A stretch of 64,000 nt of DNA, taken from contig NMRA01000003.1 of the NCBI GenBank assembly GCA_002633005.1, forward strand, positions 2,723,117 to 2,787,116, given 5' to 3'. Positions 58,481-64,000 of this stretch are shown one piece after another (the first letter of the stretch is position 1; each line of letters begins with the position of its first letter). The notes under the pieces are model-generated. The model worked only from the letters and a program-made list of their open reading frames with translations, had not been told where the DNA came from and searched no databases. A program made the position numbers and the translations under genes. Origin of the DNA: Phoronis australis. Lineage: Eukaryota > Animalia > Phoronida.

Positions 58481-59065
58481 TGCTTCATCATTATCGCTAT
58501 ATCGGTTTCACAGAGATTGAGTGGAGGCATAGACATCCACAACATTTGGTTTAAAGACTGTTTCCGGTTCGCACTTCCGTGTTGATCTCAACGATCCTAG
58601 CGGTTGGTATCGTAGCACAACAGAACAGAGATTGAGGTTGGGTCTTTGACAGCGGTGTAGTGGTACCTAATATGAATCGGTGACAAACAACCCTGAAGAC
58701 GATGTAGCATTAAATGACACCGTGAAAAACTGACCCCGGTTAGCTTTTTTCACGGACTTTAAATTTATTGTAAAGAATTTGCTACCCATGAAAAAATGAC
58801 CCCGTACGACATGCGCGCACCCAGTCTTCAATATGGGGGGCTCAAACTCTTCTGTCGGTGTGGACCTTTTGCTGACAAAATATCGGCAGGACTAAAAAGA
58901 AAATAACGGGGTACACTGTGCGTCGGCATCTTTGTAGTGGACTTTAGTGCCTCGTTTTCTCGGAGTTTTTGCTTCTCTGAGACTGACCTTTTTGCCCAAA
59001 AAGAGAATTTTGAGTTTCTAAGTGATTCACTTAGGCTTTGATTAAAATTTTCATCTTACCAACAC

Positions 59066-59510
59066 ATGGGCAGCGCACCATAGGGGGCTGGGGGCTATAG
59101 CCCCCACTTTTTCAGTGCTGCACCGCCAGGGGCGGATCCAGGATTTTGAATTAGGGGCGGGGGGCAGGACACAGCCAGAATTTATGCAGATGCGCGCGCC
59201 CAGCCTAAGATGTAGGGATGCAGGGATCTCGAATTTTCGGGTTTGCTTACCTTTTGACTAAAAAAACGGGGTTTGTTCAGGGCCTATGCATTTTTTATTC
59301 ATCCTCGAGCCCCCTGGAAGTTGCGCGCATGTGCTAGTCAGCAAATTTGCACCCGAACTGCCAAACGATATCTGGTAGAATTTTAGGGGGCCATGGCCCT
59401 CTTGCCCACCCCCCACTAAATCCGCCACTGACCGCCCATGGTCTATGGGTGTTGCACCACAGGGGGCTGGGGGCTATAGCCCCACTTTTTTCAGTGCTGC
59501 ACCTCCCATG
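59066..59510. repeat. Two tandem ~65-bp CATGGG...CCCATG mini-elements, the first interrupted by the MITE
   Basis: AGGGGGCTGGGGGCTATAGCCCC(C)ACTTTTTCAGTGCTGCACC occurs at about 59082 and 59461. Confidence 0.65.
59127..59430. mobile_element. MITE of the same TIR type with 5-bp TSD, nested in a smaller element
   Basis: CAGGGGCGGATCCAGG ... CTAAATCCGCCACTG flanked by ACCGC (59122-59126, 59431-59435). Confidence 0.8.
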
Positions 59511-59762
59511 AACAGCTTCTGTTTTTCACCATCACCCAGCTTCCAGTCTGTTTTCTTTGAAAATATGAAGTAATTTTCTTCATTGCATAGAGGAGCAGAC
59601 GACAGAATCGGAGTGGTAGTGCGCAGCGTCACTGCCGGTCCCCTGGGATATCCCACGTAATTCGACCAGGAGTGGCATTACTTTGCAGGAGTAGTTTACC
59701 TTTATGCTTTTGTTGTTTTACTTTTTGCAATTGCCAAGGAGGGGGGGGGGGGGGGGGGGGGT

Positions 59763-59793
59763 NNNNNNNNNNNNNNNNNNNNNNNNNNNNNNN
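59763..59793. other. Assembly gap after a poly-G run
   Basis: N run. Confidence 0.99.
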
Positions 59794-60810
59794 TTTGAAA
59801 GGTACTGTAAATTGCTTATCACAATGGTTACAGTGCAGGACTTTCCATAAAAGTTTAGAAATAAGCTCTTTTCTTCAGAAACTAAAAATTAGTGATCCTG
59901 TTACATGTAGTGTGTGTTGTCGTAAAAAGAGACACTGGAACACATTGTTACGATTGTTATGTTACTAAAGAAATTGTGTTTCAAAAGAAACAATGTTATT
60001 TTGAACGCCTGTTGCTCAGTTTTCAGGGTCAAAATACAAATATGAAAAACGGAACAATTGGATCGAAAAGCTGGACATCTGGGTCTAAGCCAAAACTCAA
60101 AGATAAAATGCTCGGGGGAAAATATGGTTATGTCGCGTTTTAATGGTGTGCCGGGTTGGCGGGAGAAATTCAAAAAGTGGGACAGTCCGCCAAGAGCGGG
60201 GCAATTGACAAATACACTTTACGATGTCACCACGCATACACGCACTCACATCCGCACCCGCACACTTAGCTAAGTAGAATCAAGAGTAATTCTTCGAAAG
60301 TTACGAAAACACACACACATATTTTTAGGGCCTAAACTTTTCCTTGAGACCAAAAATAACTTCTTTCCATAACATACGGCCATGATTTTAACACCCAAAA
60401 TGTCTTGTTGAAGAACTTCTCACATGTAGTACGACAGGTTGTAAAAAAGTGGTTATACGACTGGTCCTGCAAAGATATCAGTGGCCAAGTAACTCCCTGG
60501 GCGTTATCCACCCAGGGCCACAGGTCGGTGCTTAGAATTTCCAGTACAACTTTCGGGTTTGTTGACTAATTTTGGCGAGAAATCACTGATTGAATGAAAC
60601 CATATCAAGAGTCTTGCTTAATGAACAATAATCAGAAAATGAAAATGAAGCAATGAAAATAGGCTTCATTTGATAACTATAACTCTATTAAAATTCAGTA
60701 GAGCAGACAGCTAGAAATTCTCAGTGAAATCTCTCGCGGCTAAATGGATAGAGACGATGGTCATTGTCTAGTCTCGGGGTTGCAACGTGCGGGAGTTGGG
60801 GGTACTCCAA

Positions 60811-60957
60811 GCTTGCGTTCAGTAACGCTAGGGCCTAAGCTAGAACCTAGCTAAAATCTAGCCAAAGTCACGCATTCTCAAAATACACAGCAATGTCTCA
60901 GGAAATCTCGCGAAGTCTTGCTTTTAGCGAGGTCCTAGCGTTACTGAACGGGAGGCA
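60811..60957. mobile_element. Short MITE with CGTTCAGTAACGCTAG TIRs
   Basis: CGTTCAGTAACGCTAGG ... CCTAGCGTTACTGAACG; internal sequence shared with 57514-57620. Confidence 0.7.
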
Positions 60958-61613
60958 GGGCTAGAGTTATATGGAGTGCCGATGGGAAAATTTAGCGCAT
61001 GCGCAGGCGATGTGATTTATTTGTCGCTTTTTGTCCAAGACGGAATTCCTCTTTACCACCCCAGGATTCAATGACTGTGTCATCCCAAAAATCTTCAAGA
61101 ATTGATACCTTGCTTCTCGAGAATCATCGTTCAGAGCAAGAGTGTTGACATACGTTTTTGATACATGTGTTTTCTGTGATTCGATTTCTTGCCACCATTT
61201 TGCGGTAATAATTATGGAAATATTAAGGTGTCATACAAGGAACTGCTGAATGAATGTGACCACTTTTGGAAGAATCTAAAACTTATAAAAATTCTGGAAA
61301 AGGTAACACGTATTTGTCGGTAACTGTTTGTGAGTAATTCATTGAGTTAATGGACTAACAAGTTTTCCTTGTTATTCCAGAATAAATATATGAATCGAAA
61401 TTTTATTAGATAAGCGTATATTCTACCCCACGTGGTCTGACACCGCTTCAAATATGTCTAGACGCTATACGGGACTATGAGCTCGGATTCGCCAAATAAA
61501 CGTGCCATCCATGTCTAATGAACCTGTCACAGTCTGAACTTGATGAAACTGAAAGCAGAGACAGTTGAATATTTCGAAATTATCCAACGCCTGTACTCCT
61601 TTTTATCTCGAGT

Positions 61614-61881
61614 CCTACCGTTTGATTGTCATTTCCTTGATTAACTTGTGTTTGGAAAAGCGCTTCATTACTTACTTTTAATACTGTTCAAACAATCGCA
61701 TTCGCTGCATGTTCGAAAAGTATAAATTAACGAAATGCGTTTCAAAATCCTTATTTAGTTAACTGAGGAAATGACAGTCAAAAGGCGAAAAAACTTATAA
61801 TTGTGTTCGTTCAGTATTAATTATCGAAGTGCTTTTCAAAATGCAAGTTAATTAAGGAAATTTAACAATCAAAAGGTAGGA
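61614..61881. repeat. Foldback element
   Basis: TCCTACCGTTTGATTGTCATTTCCTTGATTAACTTG / CAAGTTAATTAAGGAAATTTAACAATCAAAAGGTAGGA. Confidence 0.6.
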
Positions 61882-63681
61882 AACTTATATCTGTATTCGT
61901 TAATTATTGATATTCTCTGCTGTTTGCGTACCGTGAGGTCTAGGCCTATCGATGTCTACATGTTCTTGTTAGTACTCAATTTACGCTATTGCTAAATATT
62001 TTGTTGGTATTACAAGAGCCCCAGTGAAATGTTGTGCCTCTGTGTCCATGATATTGATATGACGACCCTGAGTAAACATTGAATATTTCGGCATTTAAAA
62101 CATTCCATAGGGGCAGACAGCACTTTTAGTACGTTGCTGACGCTGTTACTAGGAACGCAGACTAAAATTGACGTTTTATTTTTGGGGATGATAGTCGAAA
62201 AAATAAATATTTATTATAAATATATATTTGTTGTCCGAAAAACACACTATTATATTCCCTGAGCTCATATCAAAGGATCAATATTTTTAACTATTCTGAG
62301 CTTCTAGGTAACGACTTGATAGCAATATTTTTAACTATTTGGAGCTTCTTAGTAAAGACTTGATATCTAAATCAAACTATGGTTATATTAAATTTCCAAT
62401 GTTTCTGCACTGAATTACCCACTTTCATTATGACATTGTCGTAATTTTCATCATCCACATTGTCGCTCATTGTCAACCGGCGCAAAGAGGAGACACAGAA
62501 CACACAATGAGTACGAAAGAATGTTGTCAATATTTTCCATAATGTTACATTTTTTAAAATGAATCTTTTAGCTTTTAAGAATACTAATATTTTTCTTATC
62601 TTTCATGTCCCATGTTTAACAATAAAAACCTTGGATTATGGATTTTATTGTCGATTTCAGTCTGGCTCATTGCGCATGTCACGGAGATGTATCCTGTTTG
62701 AGACACGTAATACAGTTGCAATTTCTCTCATATTTCAATCTTTTTAGTGTCACAGGTTCCAAGAACAATTTTCGTGCTTATTTTGCATGTCGCGGAGAGG
62801 TGTTTTCTTTACAAAACGGCCCTCTTACCGGACATGCATGAGATATACGTCTCATTTGTTATTCATCACTTGCAGGGAAACGTTTTGGCCAGAATGACCA
62901 ATAGTTCGTGAGATTTGTTTGGAGACGCTCTACTCATGTTGGTTGTAATTCTTGCTCATTATTTGCATTTTAGAGTTACAGGTTTATAAAAAGGAGGGTG
63001 TAACTGAAGAGCGAATAGAAATATTTCACCGTGCGAGCTTGCATCACCTTTCAGTTTATGAAAGTTGATCATTTGAGACTGAGCAAAAGGCGCCACTTAT
63101 ATTAAGTTTACACTCGTTCGTGGTTGGTGACAAGGGATCTTCTTAATTGTAATATAAAAGGTGCAACAAGTGAACATGTTACACCTTTCGTGTTTTTAAA
63201 AGATGAAATAATGTATTTTTGCACTGAAAAGGTTAAAATCTGAACTTGAAATACTTAATCAATCATTGAATTTCAAAATTATTTTGAAGGCGAATCAAAT
63301 GTTTATAAATGTGGCTCCGTGAATAGTATTTATCATTTTTATTAAATCTCCTGTCCATTAAGTAGATGGTGTCCATCTCTGCCATGCCCTTGATTCAAAT
63401 ATTGATGTCACCTCCATTTACCACACACTACCTAATAATCAACATGCTTCATTTTTACTTTAAGGTTCGCATCAACTTAACTTAGATCTGAATATTTTTC
63501 TAATAGATATTGTAATAATTGTACCCATTTTCATTCATAATAGCAAATTCAAAAATTAATTACTTAACATCCTCATTGATGTAGGCTTTCGGTGTTTTTG
63601 TGTTTTTGTAACTAGATCGTATTACGTTGTTGCACCAGAGGAATTGTCTCTTGTAATTTTGATATCTGCCAGTAAACATCC

Positions 63682-63799
63682 TTTTATATTTATTGTTATT
63701 AAAATTATTAATCTGCCTGCAAATTATGTTTTTGATTTGTTTTTATATTTATTGTTATTAAAATTATTAATCTGCCTGCAAATTATGTTTTTGATTTGT
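63682..63799. repeat. Tandem duplication of a ~59-bp unit
   Basis: TTTTATATTTATTGTTATTAAAATTATTAATCTGCCTGCAAATTATGTTTTTGATTTGT occurs twice. Confidence 0.85.
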
Positions 63800-64000
63800 G
63801 GACAGTAATTGCAGTCCTACTACTATCTGTTCAATTCTTTAAGATGAAATAAACAGTTATCTAGTAAAGGTGCAAAGTTGTTCTTTGACAAACAAAAGGC
63901 TTCGGAAAGGGGATCGATAGTGAAAAAGGTTTGAGCAGTGATCCGACACCGATGACAATCACCATTCGATCTGCGAAAACCAATTTGTGCTGGAATTTTC

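Overview
AT-rich, intron-rich genomic DNA from an invertebrate animal (draft assembly with N gaps; not prokaryotic, and almost all of the six-frame ORF track is noise). Manual splicing gives three complete conserved genes: NUDCD3 (minus strand, 8 coding exons, about 352 aa); PGAP1 GPI inositol-deacylase (plus strand, 24 coding exons, about 917 aa), head-to-head with NUDCD3 across 208 bp; and BLOC1S5/Muted (minus strand, 5 coding exons, about 158 aa), tail-to-tail with PGAP1. The 11-kb intron 17 of PGAP1 holds an antisense nested gene with a 430-codon terminal exon and no domain I recognise. Introns and flanks carry many non-autonomous elements: Helentron/DINE-1-like elements with internal satellite arrays, 5-bp-TSD MITEs, foldback hairpins and tRNA-derived SINE heads. 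The most striking observation is that nearly every ~150-bp monomer of the Helentron-like arrays carries a co-oriented match to the CTCF core motif (CCACTAGGTGGCGC / CCACTAGGGGGCAC), in an ABC higher-order repeat, and one copy appears to be a presence/absence polymorphism. All protein identifications come from remembered family motifs; no database searches were run.
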